Made by a program: the position numbers and the translations under genes. The notes beneath the pieces were generated by a model. It did not search any database. It saw only the letters and a list, made by a program, of their open reading frames with translations, and was not told the DNA's origin. From assembly GCA_031835245.2 (NCBI GenBank), contig JAVKOQ020000004.1:372001-436000 (forward strand): DNA of 64,000 nt, read 5' to 3'. Shown here piece after piece: positions 24,838 to 39,485 of this stretch (its first letter is position 1; every line of letters starts with the position of its first letter). Source of the DNA: Balamuthia mandrillaris. Its lineage: Eukaryota.

Positions 24838-26266
24838 CTAAAACAAGAATGGGATGCATCTATGGCCAGAAGATCCCAAATCAGAGGAGGAAGAACCTTG
24901 GACCTCCACACAAGACGTTCTTGTGCTGTCCGGCTCCGTTCCAGCAGGGCATTCCTGCAATAAAAGAACAAGCAGTTATTAAAAAAGAAAAAAGAGGAAA
25001 GTGCGGCTAGCTGGGCTGTTCCTTACCTCACAGCTGTAGCCGTCATCAGAGACGCGCTGATTCCCTTGGCAGGCCTGGCAGTCCGTTTGCTCGCTGTTGG
25101 GCACTGATCCCATTGGACAGGACTAATAATAGTGCAAGGATAAGCGTTCGCATCGTTTTTCTATTAAAAAAGAGAACGAGGGTGATTCGGTACGTACCTC
25201 GCAGGTGGTGTTATCAGCAGCAATGCGCTGGTCGGGAGGACAGATGGAGCAACCCGACCAATCCCATTTGGCATACTCATCCTCTCCACAAGTCTGCACT
25301 CACAATGCACACACACGCACACACAACAAGTTACGCAATAAGAAAAAAACATCACTAACAGGAACGAGTGGAGGGAGCAGATGGTGTGGCAAGAAGAAAA
25401 GGTACCTCACAGGTCAGACCGTCGGAAACTTGGCTGGAACAGGGCTGGCAAGACAAGTCCGCCTCCAAGGAGAAGCCGAACTGGCAACGACAGCCCAGCC
25501 CATCTTCACGCAGCGTTTTGTTGTTCTCGCAGGGAGCCACAAACATGAAGGAGAATGCCTCCCCTGGTGACACGAACGCGTCTTCCCAGTCATTCATGTC
25601 GACAGGGCAGCGGGTGTGGAAGGGGTAGGAGATGCTCGTCAGTTCAGTGCTCACTCCGAACTGAAGGGACTCATAGTGGCTGCCCCAGAGGCACTTGCCG
25701 GAGCCGGAGTCGGAGTCGTTGTGGCAGGTCTGGACCATGGCGAGCATGTCTCCAGAGGCAAAGAGGAAGGCGTTTGCATGACCCATTCGGTCGTAATAGT
25801 CAGTCATGTTGGCAAAGTGAAGGAGGAGGCAGGGTTCCAAGCTCTTGGGGCTGTAGGGGCATTCTCCGGCGGGGTACTGCTTGATGAATGCCTGGGTGGA
25901 GTCCGAATGGTCAAAGGTGATCCTCGTCCAATAGAAAGCAAAGGCCCTCTGCCAAAACTCCAAGCTGAGGTGAAGAGGACAGTCGGGGTTGATTCCTTCG
26001 ATCGGTTCTCCGAACGATATTAAGCCGTTGACGCTCACGTAGACGGTGTCGTACTCCTCGTTATCGAATGGGAAGGTGAAATTTAACGGGACTGAAACGT
26101 TTATAGCTCCGCTGAGGGCCAAAGGAAAGCCGCTCTCCGCAAGAGACACAAACTGATAGGGTGGCGCGTCCACTGAGTGATAGTCTCCCAAAGAAGCAGC
26201 TTCACCACCGGAAATACTCCACAAAGTTGCCACCAAAGCCAATAACACCCACTTCGCGCACCTCAT
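24838..26266 (-). CDS. secreted/surface protein with NIDO-like N-terminal domain and Cys-rich repeats; 3' end possibly decayed
   Basis: Signal peptide MRCAKWVLLALV; LNFTFPFDNEEYDTVYVSVNGLISFG; further phase-0 exons TCGEDEY...TTCE, SCPMGSVPN...YSCE, ECPAGTEPD... Confidence 0.75.
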
Positions 26267-26731
26267 ATCGTGTAACGCTGTTACAAACTTCCTCCCCTTT
26301 GTTGTCTTGTGTTGAGGTATTCTTTGTTTTAAAAACGGGAAGGAGAGGCATAATAACAATTAGGGGAAAACAGCAGTTAGATTAAAGGTCAGGCAAACCC
26401 AGTAAAGGTATTTTCTGTTATAAGTACCCGAGCCTTGCCATTGGTGCCACGCCCAAATTAGCCTCAAGATTAGGTGGTGGCCGTACAGCAACGGACCGTT
26501 GACCAATGAGGCGTTTGAAAAATTCTGCGAGGCACTTCTGGTTATTAAATAGAATAGGAATAGTAACGGTGCGGCCGGTTTACGGTCGTAGTAAAACCAA
26601 TACCGATGGTCATTAACCTCAAACTAAAGGGGAAAAATTTCTTTGTTGTTTTTGTATTTGTGTTTTTTTTTTTTTCGTTCTTTCTCTTTTTCTTCCCAAA
26701 CTAAAACCAACTCAACCACTCAAGTGCACGG

Positions 26732-29416
26732 ATGTTGGCTTTACACAACGGGACTTTTAGCGTTTTTTGCTTGTTCTGGTCCGTGTGCCTGGCTCTGCTG
26801 TTGGCCTCTGGTGCCGAGGGCCAAAGCGTGCTGGTAGTGTCCCACGCCTGTCCTCCCTGCAAAACGGACCTACAGCTTCACCTGCAAGACCAATTCGATG
26901 TGGTGGACGCAGTCATGTTGCTGGCCGTGATGCCGCCTCGCGAGGTGTTGTTCTCCTATGACGCCATTCTGGTTATCTTCACCCTCTTCGACAACCCGCC
27001 GCCTTCGTCTGAGCTGAAGGAAGAATTTGGGCAACTGCTGGCAGAATTTGTGGAGCAAGGAGGAGGTGTGGTCATGTCCTGGTGTTCCTTTTTGCCACAG
27101 TACGTTCCGGGACCGGCCTTCATGGACAAGTACGCGGTCATACTGCCGGAGTTTGCTGACCAGAAAACCGGTTGGGCCTACTTGGGGGAGAAACTTGTAC
27201 CGGACCATCCCACGGTTGCCAACATCAACTCCTTCGACGGCCTGTTTATGAGTTGGAGGACAAGCATCATGAGCAACAACACAGAAGCCATGGCCGAGGG
27301 CTCCTATGTCACCGCTGAATGGGACGACGGCACAGTGCTGGTGGCCGTCAGGGATGACCTCGGCCCTGCCAAGGCCAGGCGCGTGGACTTGGGCTTCATG
27401 GCTATCTCCAGTGATTTTGACAAGAACATGTTCTTTTATTTCTGGAACAGCTCAACACAAGGAGCAGACCTTATGGGAAACGCTCTCAGATACTCCATGA
27501 GTGGTAACTGTTTTGTACTCCCTGTTACAAATTTACTGGTACTAAGTTCTACCCACCATCTTCCTCTTCGCCGCAAACAGGTTGCTTGGGTTACCTTGGC
27601 CCCGCCCGGTTGGAAATCACCCAATGCAGCCCTGCCCAGACGGTGGAATCCGAAGGAGATGTGGCCTTGCCCGATTTTACCTCCACGTTGCAGTACTCCG
27701 GTGGCTGCTATTCCGTCCTCGTCACCCAAACCCCCGCCAGCGATGCCATGATGGAACCTGGAGAGCACTCCGTGGTCCTTCAAGTGGAAGATGAAGCCGG
27801 GATTGTGCAACAATGCACCACCACCTTCACTGTGGCTCCTCCGCTGGGTGGCAGCGACTCTCTGGCCCGCGATGCCAGCGGCGAGGACAGCCAGGAATCG
27901 TTGGCTTTGGGGCTGGGGATCGGTCTTCCTCTGGGCATCCTGCTCCTGCTGGCCATCGTGCTCATCGTGGCCTTCCTGGTGTGGCGAAATGGGAAGAAAA
28001 AGAGGCTGGCAGCCACCAAAGAGGACCTGGAAGATGGGGCGAGAGAAACGTATGGGGCCTCCCCGATGAAAGGCAAGAAGAAGTCCAAGTCCTCCAAGGC
28101 AGGTGGCAAAGGCAAAGGAGCATTCAACTGGAACATCGAGTTTTCAGAGCTGACCTTCGGTGAGGAGATCGGCAGAGGGTGAGTCTGCATGTTTCTCACT
28201 ATTCTGTTTTTGCGTTTCAAGAAAATGACACCAATTCGTTTTGCAGAGCGTTTGGTTTGGTGCGCAAAGGTGAATGGAGAGGAACGTCTGTTGCCATCAA
28301 ACAGGTTCTAATCAGCTGACTTCTTAAATATTTGAAAGTTTGTTCCTCTGATTGGAAACTTTTCTCAGATTTTGGCAGAGCACAACGAGGAACTGGAACA
28401 AATGCGAAGCGAAATCGAAATCATGCAGTACGTTGCTTTGGATCATCCACCCAGTAATCTTTCCCATGAGTTCTAATCGCAAAACCAACAGGAACTTGCG
28501 TCCCCATGGCAATGTGCTGCTCCTCTTGGGCATTTGTGAGGACGAGTCGGCCAATCACTACGTGGTCACGGAGTTCATGGGGCGTGGGGATCTGCGCCAC
28601 TTCCTGATGTCCTCGGAAGGGCAATCCATGGTGGACCACCAGATGATGCTCAAGATGGCCAAGGAGATTGCGGTGGGCTTGTCTCATCTCCACTCGGAGG
28701 GCATCACCCATCGCGATCTCTCCGCTCGCAACCTGTTGTTGGCCAACAATCTCACCATCAAGATCAGCGGTACGACAAGAGCGAGAACGCATTCCTTCCC
28801 ATTGCCATCCCTTTCTCATCTGATGTGTTTTTTCCATGCATGCATGTTGTGGCAGACTTTGGATTGTCTCGCCTGAAGAAAGATCCACAAGCGGAGGAAC
28901 AAACCACTGCCTCTGAAGTTGGACCGTTGAAATGGTGATGTTGTTGTTGTTTCTTGTTATTTGCCTCTCCAATTCTCATCATGCACATACGTATTCATGG
29001 ACATGAAGAACTGACAGTGTTGGTGGGGGTGTTGGAACGAACAGGATGGCACCAGAAAGCATTTCCAGTCGAACGTATTCCCACAAGTCGGATGTGTGGA
29101 GTTATGGGGTGGTGTTGTGGGAGATTGCCAACTTTGGAGAGGAACCTTATCCTGGCCTCACCCCTGTTCAAGTCGCTCTCCAAGTCACCAAAGGATGTTC
29201 GTTTGGCTCTCTCTCTCTCTCTCTCTCTCTCTGCAGTGTGTATTTTTCTCACCAATTATTTTGTGGAGTGCAGCAACACCAGAGATGCCAGAAAACATTC
29301 CAGAAGTGCTGCGTGACATCATGAAAGCTTGTTGGCAGTTTGATCCCAAGGACCGCCCCACCATGGAGGAAGTGGTGGCCATGCTGGAGGAAGAAGGGGA
29401 GGCATCTTCCGACTGA
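26732..29416 (+). CDS. single-pass receptor kinase with HYR-like ectodomain module and tyrosine-kinase-type signatures
   Basis: Signal peptide, HYR-like segment (VTQTP...[24 protein letters not shown]), [66 protein letters not shown]. Confidence 0.9.
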
Positions 29417-29510
29417 GAAATACAAAGATTGCACAAACGTTGGGCTCTGCAACTACAAAATAAATAATTATTTGAGAGGATTCGCCCATTTTGTGTTTGG
29501 CTTCGTGGTA

Positions 29511-31668
29511 TCATTCTTTGACTAGTACTTCTTGCGAGTTTGGTTCTTGCATCGCAGTTGGGGTGGAGGAAAGAGCGCTTGTCTCCGTTTCTGTTTCTGT
29601 TTCTTTTTCTTTTTCTTTTTCTTTTTGCTGTTTTGAACTGGTGGCAGTAGTGGTGCTCGGCCCTTCTTCACTTGATGCTGTGGTAGAGGAGTGGTCTTCG
29701 TGCAGCTTTGTTTTAATGTCTTGTAGTTGTTCTTCATCTTGTGGCTTGTACAATTTCTTTATAGCCTTAAGGTTCCCCACTACTTCTGCCATTGTTGGCC
29801 GTTTATCTTCCTGTACATCCCAACAACGTTGGATAAGTTCGGCCCAGTGTGGAGGGCAAGAAGAAGGGAGGGTGGGCCGAAGACCCTTCTTTGCTGTCTG
29901 TACAATGATCTGGAAGTCGAACTTGAGGTTCTTGTACTCAGAAAAAGGGCGTTGATAATTCCCTGTTAACTTCCTCATTACCAACTCCCATAAAACGATG
30001 CCTATAGAAACGACATTTGGTCATTCTTGAGAACAAACCAGAGAGAGAGAGAGAGAGAGAGCAAGAGAGAGAGAGAGAGAGAGAGAGAGCAAGGAATACT
30101 TACCAAAACTGTATACATCACTCTTAGGAGTGTAGGTTGCTCCTAAGTAGGTTTCCGGTGCGGTGTAAGCATAAGTACCTTTGAGCTGTGCCAACGATGC
30201 CTCGTTGGCTTGCGTTTTGAAACGAGAGAGACCAAAGTCAGCTATCTTCACGTTCCAATTGCTGTCCACCAGCAAATTGGGACTCTGAAAAAAAGATGGA
30301 AAAACGCAAGGCAAGTAAAGTTTTAACGTGTTATTTCATGCACAGAAGAAGAGACGATAAACCATAGAGAGCCTACCTTCAAGTCTCGGTGGAGAATTTG
30401 CGGTCTCCAACAGTGGAGAGCATTCAAGGACTTGGCCGCTTCTATACTTAACCGAAGGAGCAAACGCCAGTCAAAGTTGAGGTTAGAATTGCACATTACA
30501 TCATAAAGGCTGCCTTTAGAGAAGAATTCTGTCACAATGGCGAGATGTGGGTGTGTAACAGCTCCATAAAAGAACACAACACGTGGACTACGCATATCAC
30601 TGAGACGGTAATAAAAATTAGCCATCGGGAAAAAAGTAAGGAGAGTGTTGTTGAGCAAAAAGGGTGTGCGCACCTCATGATTGCAAATTCCTTCTTGAAC
30701 TCCTCGAGGTGCTTCCCATCAACTCGCTCCTTGAGGACCTTGATGGCTACATCTTGTCCTCTATACTTTCCTTTAAATACGTGGGAAGAGGCTCCTTGTC
30801 CCACTTCCACTCCAAACTCCAACTCCGACCCTTCAATTTGCCAAGTATGCATCAGAGCAACCTCGCGCGTGGTAGCGTGCTTGAAGCTTTCGGTAAGTGT
30901 AAGAGGGTTTAGATCAGAAGTAGAAAAGGTGTGCTTGAAGGCAGGAGGAGGCGGCTGCATCGTGCGAAGCCGTTCCAGGATCTCAGAGAAGGAGGGCCGT
31001 TGTGCTGGATCTTCCTTCCAGCAGTCCCGCATTAGCTCCGCTAACTGTGGAGGACAAGCCGTTGGTATGACAGGCCGCAGTCCATCTTTGCTTACTCCGA
31101 TGATGATCTGCGGTTTGTGCATGTCCTTGTAGGGTTCCTCACGAGTGAACAGCTCCCAGAGGACAATACCGTAGCTGTATACATCAGCTTTGGTGGTGTA
31201 GCCTGCGTTGGAAAAAATTTCGGGCGCCGTCCAAGGCATGGTCCCACAGAATGTCATTGCTTTGTCGTTGGTCATGCTTTTGGCCAGCCCAAAATCAGTT
31301 ACTTTCACGTTGTAGTTCTCGTCCACCAATAAATTGTGTGACTTTAAGTCCCTGTGTATGATGGGTGGTTGATAGGTATGCAGATAGTTCATGCCTTGAG
31401 CAGCATCAGACGCCTGATATCCGTAATTGTTCATTTTGAAGAAGTTGGAGGCATTGGTTTCTCTTAGAGAAAAAAAAGGAGGGGAGGGGGGAGGGGGGAG
31501 GTATACAATTTTTAGGATAAGCTCCCAGCTCAGGTCTACGCTTTCGTCGTTAAGAACATCACGCAAGTTGCCCCTTGACATGAACTCAGTGATGATGCTC
31601 ATCTCGTCACGTCGAGTGCAAGTTCCCATGAACAGAACTTGAATTCCAGCATCATCAGTAATGCTCAG

Positions 31669-31699
<31 letters not shown>

Positions 31700-32078
31700 A
31701 GACAGGAGATAGAGCGTGGAACATCAACCAACCAACATTGGGGTGCCTAAGATTTCGAAGTATTAGGGCCTCCGCCTTGAACTCGTTGAAAGAATCAGAG
31801 TGAATAAGGGTTCGGAAGATCTTCTTTACGGCCACACGTGTGCCCTTCCATAAGGCCTCGTAAACTTCGCCGCAGCTACCGACACCAACTTTGTTCATTA
31901 TCTTTAGCTCGCCTGGATCAATTTCCATTCCTAAAGCAACCTCACTCTAAGAATAACACAAAAAGAGCAACACAGCCGAGAGAATAGAAGTAACAAGAGA
32001 GCGAGAAAGAGAAAGAGAAAGAGAAAGAGAAAGAGAAAGAGAAAGAGAAAGAGAAAGAGAAAGAGAAAGAGAAAGAGA

Positions 32079-32112
<34 letters not shown>

Positions 32113-32662
32113 TAAGATAAGCAAACTTCAAACCTTTAAGCCCTGAAATGTTTTCCGATGAGTTTTCAGAGTTTTGGGAGTCCTGAGAGTCCTCCAAAGC
32201 AAGCCGCTTGGGAGCTATTCTAGCTCTCTTATTTGCTCCTCCTTTCTGCAGAATATATAGCACACTATTAGCAATTTTTCTTCGTGCAAGGAGAAAGAAG
32301 AAAAACCTTTGGTCTTGGGGAGGAGTGCTCCCTCTGTCGTTTGACAGGAGACACAGGAAGAGGTGCGCCACCAGCTGCCGGGTCCTCCGCTGTCTGCAGC
32401 AATAAATAGTCATAGTTGTCCATGTTGGGTTGGGTGGCATCCTGGTCGAACTCTGTTTGGGGTTCCTGCTCCTCCTCTTCCTCTTCGTCCGGGCTGATGA
32501 GCACCCGGAAACTGACTTCGCCTTCCAGCAACGAGATCACGTCGTTATTTTCCAACATCTTGAGCTCCCCTTTCGGAATGACAGTCTTTGAGGCGCCCCG
32601 CTGCAGAAACGAAGGGTTCACTCCCAACTGTTTGACACCAGCTCTCCACTTAGTTTCTCACA

Positions 32663-32703
<41 letters not shown>

Positions 32704-32905
32704 AGTTAAACAGGGGGAGAGGAGTACATACAGACATCAACGTGACCGAACTGGTTTCTTGCGAGACCAACACTTGGGCGTGCTTGCGACTTACGCGGCG
32801 GTCCGTGATGCCGAACTTGGGGCTGCGGCCCAGTATGGTGCTTCCTTTGGGGAGTTCGAGAGTTGGTCCCCCGTTTGTCGGAACCAACTTCACCTCAAAG
32901 GGCAT
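29511..32905 (-). CDS. PNKP/aprataxin-type FHA domain plus two tandem TKL kinase domains
   Basis: LGRSPKFGITDRRVSRKH...LGVNPS (FHA) splices in frame to kinase 1 (GVGSCG, VAVK, HRDLKSHN, DFG, WTAPE) and kinase 2 (GQGASS, VAIK, HRDLKSPN, DFG, YTAPE). Confidence 0.85.
32002..32112. repeat. (GAGAAA)n/(GA)n intronic microsatellite
   Basis: Seen directly in the sequence. Confidence 0.95.
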
Positions 32906-33338
32906 CCTCTTTTTGCTCCTGCTCTTCCTCCTTTCGTTTTGTTATTTACAGTAGTTACAAGTGGTTTGTAGTAGTAGTAGTAGTTGTTGTTGAGCCTGGC
33001 GCGCCCCTCCCCTTCCCTCTGCTCCTTCCTGTTTTTTTTTTTATTGTTGTGGAAAGTGAGCGTGTGGGGCTTTTTTTAAAAAACAAATTATTTTTCAAAG
33101 GGCCTCACCACAAAGCAACGCAAGAGGAAAGGCCTTGGAAGGGTGGTGTGAGGGTTGGCTGTTGTCGTTGATGGGTGGGGTGGGGGGGGCCGTTTTGTAG
33201 CTTTGGTTTTTCCTTTGGCTTTTTCGGCCCTTTTTTCCTCCGCCAATTCTGGTATTGATGTCGACATGTAGTGCACCACTCCTGCAGTAATGCTGCTACT
33301 TCCCAGCACGCCTACGGCCCCTTGAGATGAAGAGAGAG

Positions 33339-33422
<84 letters not shown>

Positions 33423-33454
33423 CCGCGGCCATTTCACCAAGCTGAGCATTGCCC

Positions 33455-34540
<1,086 letters not shown>

Positions 34541-34542
<2 letters not shown>

Positions 34543-34792
34543 AGGTCGATGGACTGCGTCCTTCTTCAATAGATCCAGTAACAGAGATTCACAGAGAACG
34601 TCAAGCAGGAAGAAGAAGAGGAGACTGAGAAGAGGGAGAAGAACCCGAGACGGCGGAGGCTGGGATGTAATGCATCGGTTGGTGGAGGTGCTGCGATGGT
34701 GATGCATATGCAAGCAGCGGGGACGTGTCTTCAAATTGGCCATCCATGGTTTACGATGCCCTCCTGTTGTGTTTCCCACGTGAAGACGTGGC
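34541..34792 (+). pseudogene. fragmentary duplicate of the DUSP gene at 37862-39485
   Basis: Blocks match about 38418-38444, 38484-38582, 38694-38754 and 39333-39349. Confidence 0.75.
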
Positions 34793-34926
34793 GTACGTTC
34801 TGGCGTATCTGCTCCATTTTCCTCTGCAATACTCTCGTTGAGGTAAGTTCCTCTCTTCTCTCTCTGTCTCTCTCTGTCTCTGTCTCTCTCTGCCTCTCTT
34901 GTTCTTCTTCTTGTGCTTCTTCTTTC

Positions 34927-34970
<44 letters not shown>

Positions 34971-35265
34971 AAAACACTTTTTATTAGTCTAATAATAGGA
35001 AAAATAAATAATAAAATGGCGCATGTCCGTTCCCCTTTTTCCGGAAGAGGAAGGCGTTGACTATCTTGTGCTCCTACGTAAATGACCCCAGCAGAGCAGC
35101 AATTGGTTGCTGATAACGCTAACCGGTCCCTTCTGTTCTCATAAAACAGTAAGAGATAATTATAACTGGATGGACTCGTGTTGTAAAAAAAAACTGTTGT
35201 TACTCCGGGAAGTCCGTCTTTTAGAAACACAACCGGGGCAAGCTAACAACTACAGCAACTGCGCC

Positions 35266-35350
35266 ATGCAGGTAGTTTCAGGATCGTTCCGGTGCGCTGG
35301 TATGCTTTCTTTTCTTCTTCTATTGCTTTGCTGTTGTGGTGGAGTAGGTA

Positions 35351-35402
<52 letters not shown>

Positions 35403-37655
35403 TCCTCGGCTTCTTTTGTTCGAAATGCTGAGTTGTGGTTTTGGAGGACAGGTGGTGAATGTGTTCATTTGGAGGAATCCCTGTGGGACCAAGTGGACCA
35501 AAAATGTCTGCCTTTGTTACTGGATCAGGGACAAGAAGTCTATCTGCCTACCGGCGTGAGTTGGGAAGCTCTGGAGGCCCAGGTGTATCCCTACACGAGC
35601 GCTCTAGGTGTTTGGGTCTCCGAAGAATGTAGAGAAGCCGGATTGAAGTTGGCATGTCACTTTATCTACAAGACATGCTCCAACGATTCCCAACGTGCGT
35701 TTTTCACATGATTGCTTGGGTTTCTTTGTGACACTCACTCTTAACTTCAACAGCTATTTCACCTTGCTTGTCCCTCTGCATGGCTGCCCACAACTCTTGT
35801 AGGGTGGACTTGGAGGGTTCTGGCAAAACAATTCCTCCTTGTGTCACCACGCTTTTTCCCAACAGCAGTTGTAACATTGGCAGCGATGAAAGTAAGAAAT
35901 TGTCCTATCCCATCTTCCCTGTATGCATTGCTCATATAGTGTTCTCTAGAGGTGGCGTACTCTCAAGCAGATTGTCCCTACCCCACCGAGTTTCATGCCT
36001 CCGAAAGTGAAGCTCTGGATCCCGAGGACCCAACCTCCCTCTGCATGTATCCCTGTCCTGGTCCCGTCTACACCGAGGAAGAATGGGACGCAATGTTCAT
36101 TGTCATCAATGTGTTCAGCAGCATCTCTCTGGTGCTGTCAGTTTTCTACGTGGTGACCGCTGTCCTCAACCCGGATACGAGACAGTTCCCAGCCAATCTG
36201 GTTCCGCTGCTTTGTGCTGCTTCTATACCTGTCACGTTGGGCATGATGCTCGGCCTGTTTGCTGGAGGCATGAGGAATGTGTTATGCTCAGATGGAGAAT
36301 ATCAAGCTGTTGGCCAGGGAGATGCTGGTGGGCTAGCTTGTGTATTACAAGGTATGTATTTAACCAATTAAGGATGCGCAGCAAAGAACTCCACATTTAA
36401 CCCTCTCCAATCTCATCTAGGAATGCTCATCGTATTTGGAGGCTTGTGGGCGGGGTCTTTGTGGCCAATCGTCGGCATTAACTTAGTGTTGATGGTTGTG
36501 GTGAAGATCAAACAAGAGACTTTGGCCAAACTGAAACATTTGTAAGTATAGACGATCGCCTTTTTATGGTTGCAATCCTGTTAATTGTTGTTCGTTGTGT
36601 GCTTCGCTGGTGCAGGTATCATTTGATTTTTTGGAGTATTCCCACTGTAATGACTATTATACCGCTGGCTGCGAAGAAGATCTCTGCTTCTCCGACCTTG
36701 CCTTGGTGTTTTGTTTATGACAAGGATAGTGACTGGTGGACCTATGGCTGCTTTCATATTTTGTGTAATCACTCTCTCCTTATTTGATGAATACATTCTC
36801 AACTAAACTTTCCTTACTAGTCATTTTAACGTGGATTGTAGGGTCGGTCTCCTTAGTAATCGTACTTGTTTCTATCTGCCTGGTATCTCCTTCTTCCATC
36901 TCATGTTTAAAGTTCGCTCTCCAATCCTCTGTCTTCTTACATTCGCTTCCATTCTCCAGCGCACGTATAAATTCAACCTGCAAGGCAACATGCCTCTGCA
37001 ACAATTCATCCGAATCCTCGTTCTCCTTGGCATCTATTGGTTGATGGGCGCTTCCATCATGGTGTACCGCTTCTATGGTAGTGCCATCAAAGAGAAAGTG
37101 CAGAACTCCATTGAAGACCAGGCAAGTAGCTTTCATTGCTTTAGCAAATGAGGATATTCTGCTGACAATCTCAACAGATATACTGTAGCGCCTACACAGG
37201 AACCGAGTGTGAGTTAGAAGAGAAGCCAAGCTATGGCATGACACTGTTCAATTCTATCGTCATGAGCAGTATAGGATTCTGTGTTTTCTTCGCTGTTGGT
37301 TGCTCCGAGAAGACGTTCCGCTATTGGCAAAGCCTCATTCGAGGGCTCCTTCATGCCAACGGGAATGAGGAGAGATTGAACGTCTTGAGGGCACACACCC
37401 AAAAGCGAGAATGGACCCGCCGTCGCACTCTATCCAAGACACGCCGAGACCAACGTACTCCTCTCTCTCTTTAGCTTTTCTCTCACGCCATTTCGCTTAC
37501 AACCATCGCTCACAACAGAAGGCTCCAAGGCCAACCACTTCGGTAACAGCAGCAGCAGTACGCTGGGATCTGAGGAAACAGCATCCTCCTCAGCCAATTT
37601 GAGTATGAAGGAGCTTGGCGATGAGGAGGCAGACGGCTCAGGGAGCTCTGCCTGA
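35266..37655 (+). CDS. Frizzled/Smoothened-like 7TM receptor (Dictyostelium Fsl-type)
   Basis: Signal peptide, Cys-rich domain (ECREAGLKLACHFIYKTC), CPYP...CMYPCPGPVYTEEEW, then TM helices, CVLQG, LPWCF. Confidence 0.8.
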
Positions 37656-37861
37656 GGTTCCCATAACTTTTTGAATATAAAACCTTTGTGGTGGTGGTGG
37701 TGGTGTAGCTTTTCTTCATCATAAGAGCGCAAGGCGTTCAGCTGACACTTCTGAGCGGCAAGAGACTGCCTCCCGAAGCGGCCCGTGCATGACCGTTCTC
37801 TCTTGGTTCACGAGGAAGAGCCTACCCGAACAAACGAAATTTAAAAAAGAAAGAAAGGAAA

Positions 37862-39190
37862 ATGCAAAGAGGGGAGGGCAAAGCAGCCAACAAAAGAGGA
37901 GGAGGCAAGGCTCCGCCAGGCAAAAAGGCAAGCAAAGCCAAGGCAAGAAGAAGAAGAAAAGGAAAAGGAGGGGTGCACGGCAACAGCTCCTATTTCGCAA
38001 AGAAGCAAAAGGCTGCAGGAAGCGGCCTGGAAGTGAAAGAGCTTTCCACCCTGCAGACCTATAACCTGTTGAGCTGTAGCTTGTTTGGGTATGCAGGCCT
38101 CTGCCGTCCCCTTCCACTGTCCTCAGCGCATTGTTTTGGTTAACTGGAACAACGACAACAGGTTGTGTGTGATAGACGTACGACCACAAAGTGTCTTTGC
38201 AGAGCTACACCTCACTGCTTCAGTGCCGTTTGCCTTGCCTCCCCCCATCCGCACTCCAAGTTCTTCTCTCTCGACAACAGTTCAGGAGACAGAAGAAGAA
38301 GACGAAGAGGAGACAGAAGAAGGGACGGAGCAGGAAGAAGAGGAAGAGCAAGAGCAAGAAGGAGAAGAAGACGATTGGGACGTTCAGCTATGGCAAGCCT
38401 TTGTCGCAAAGTTTGGAGAGAGGTCGATGGACTGCGTCCTCCTCGTCAGTGACTTTCCTCCAACATCAGATCTTGAAAAACAGAGCAACGAGAATCACAC
38501 AGAGAAGGCCGGGCAGGAAGAGGGAGAAGAGACCGAGACGGCGGAGGCTGAAGGTGTAATGCATCGATTTGTGGAGGTGCTGAAGCGGCACAAGCATGAC
38601 CACGACCTCAAAACGGTCTACCTCATGAAGGAGGGCTTGGCAGCGTTCGCCAAACGGGTTCCTTTCCTGTGCACCACCTCCTCCTCCTCCCAACATGGTG
38701 ATGCAGATGCAAGCAGTGGGGACGTTTCTTCAAGTTGGCCATCCATGGTTTACGACGACTTTCTGTTCTTAGGAGACTGGGATAGTGCTCATAATATCCA
38801 CGCTCTTGCTCACTGGGATATTCGTTGTGTGGTTAACTGTACTGGTGGTTCTCTCTTTCAACAGAAAGAGGAAGGAGGCGAAGATGACGCTGCTGACTCT
38901 GTTGCTGCATACCGTAAGAAGCTGAGACACCTACACGTCCGAGTGGAAGACATCCCAATGGTGGATATTGCCAGCCACTTTGATTCTTCCTTCCAGTTCA
39001 TTGGTTTGATGTCTCCTCTTCTCTCTCTCTCTCTCCTCTCTCCTCTCTTCTCTCTCTTCTCTCTTCTCTCTTCTCTCTTCTCTCTTCTCTCTCTTCTCTT
39101 CTTTCAACTCTCCTAAATTGTTGATACAGAGGACGCTCGTAAACAGTCGCATCGGGTGCTCATTCACTGCCACGCTGGTACAACCCCTCT

Positions 39191-39230
<40 letters not shown>

Positions 39231-39485
39231 GTGCTGATGAGGAAAGGAAATAAAGGAGTGAGCAGGTCTACCACAATCACACTGGCCTACTTGATGAGAG
39301 CACACCGATGGACTCTGAAGGAAGCCTATCAGCACGTGAAGACGAGGCGGCAAGTCATTTGCCCCAACCACGGATTCATGCAGCAGCTGCTCGCCTACGA
39401 AGCAAAGCTCTTTGGTAGTGGCAAGCCGCTCACTAACTTGGATGAGCTGGACTATGAAGGCTTCGCTTATAACTATTGGGCCTAG
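37862..39485 (+). CDS. dual-specificity (MAPK) phosphatase with rhodanese domain
   Basis: VIDVRP...HLTAS rhodanese; FLFLGD, VVNCT, VEDIP, HCHAG|VSRS, AYLM, ICPNHGFMQQL. Confidence 0.9.

Noticed and set aside
11477..24840. Calling the TE island a centromere
   Set aside because: Plausible by analogy with TE-cluster centromeres in Dictyostelium, but nothing in this window tests it; would need CENH3 ChIP or Hi-C.
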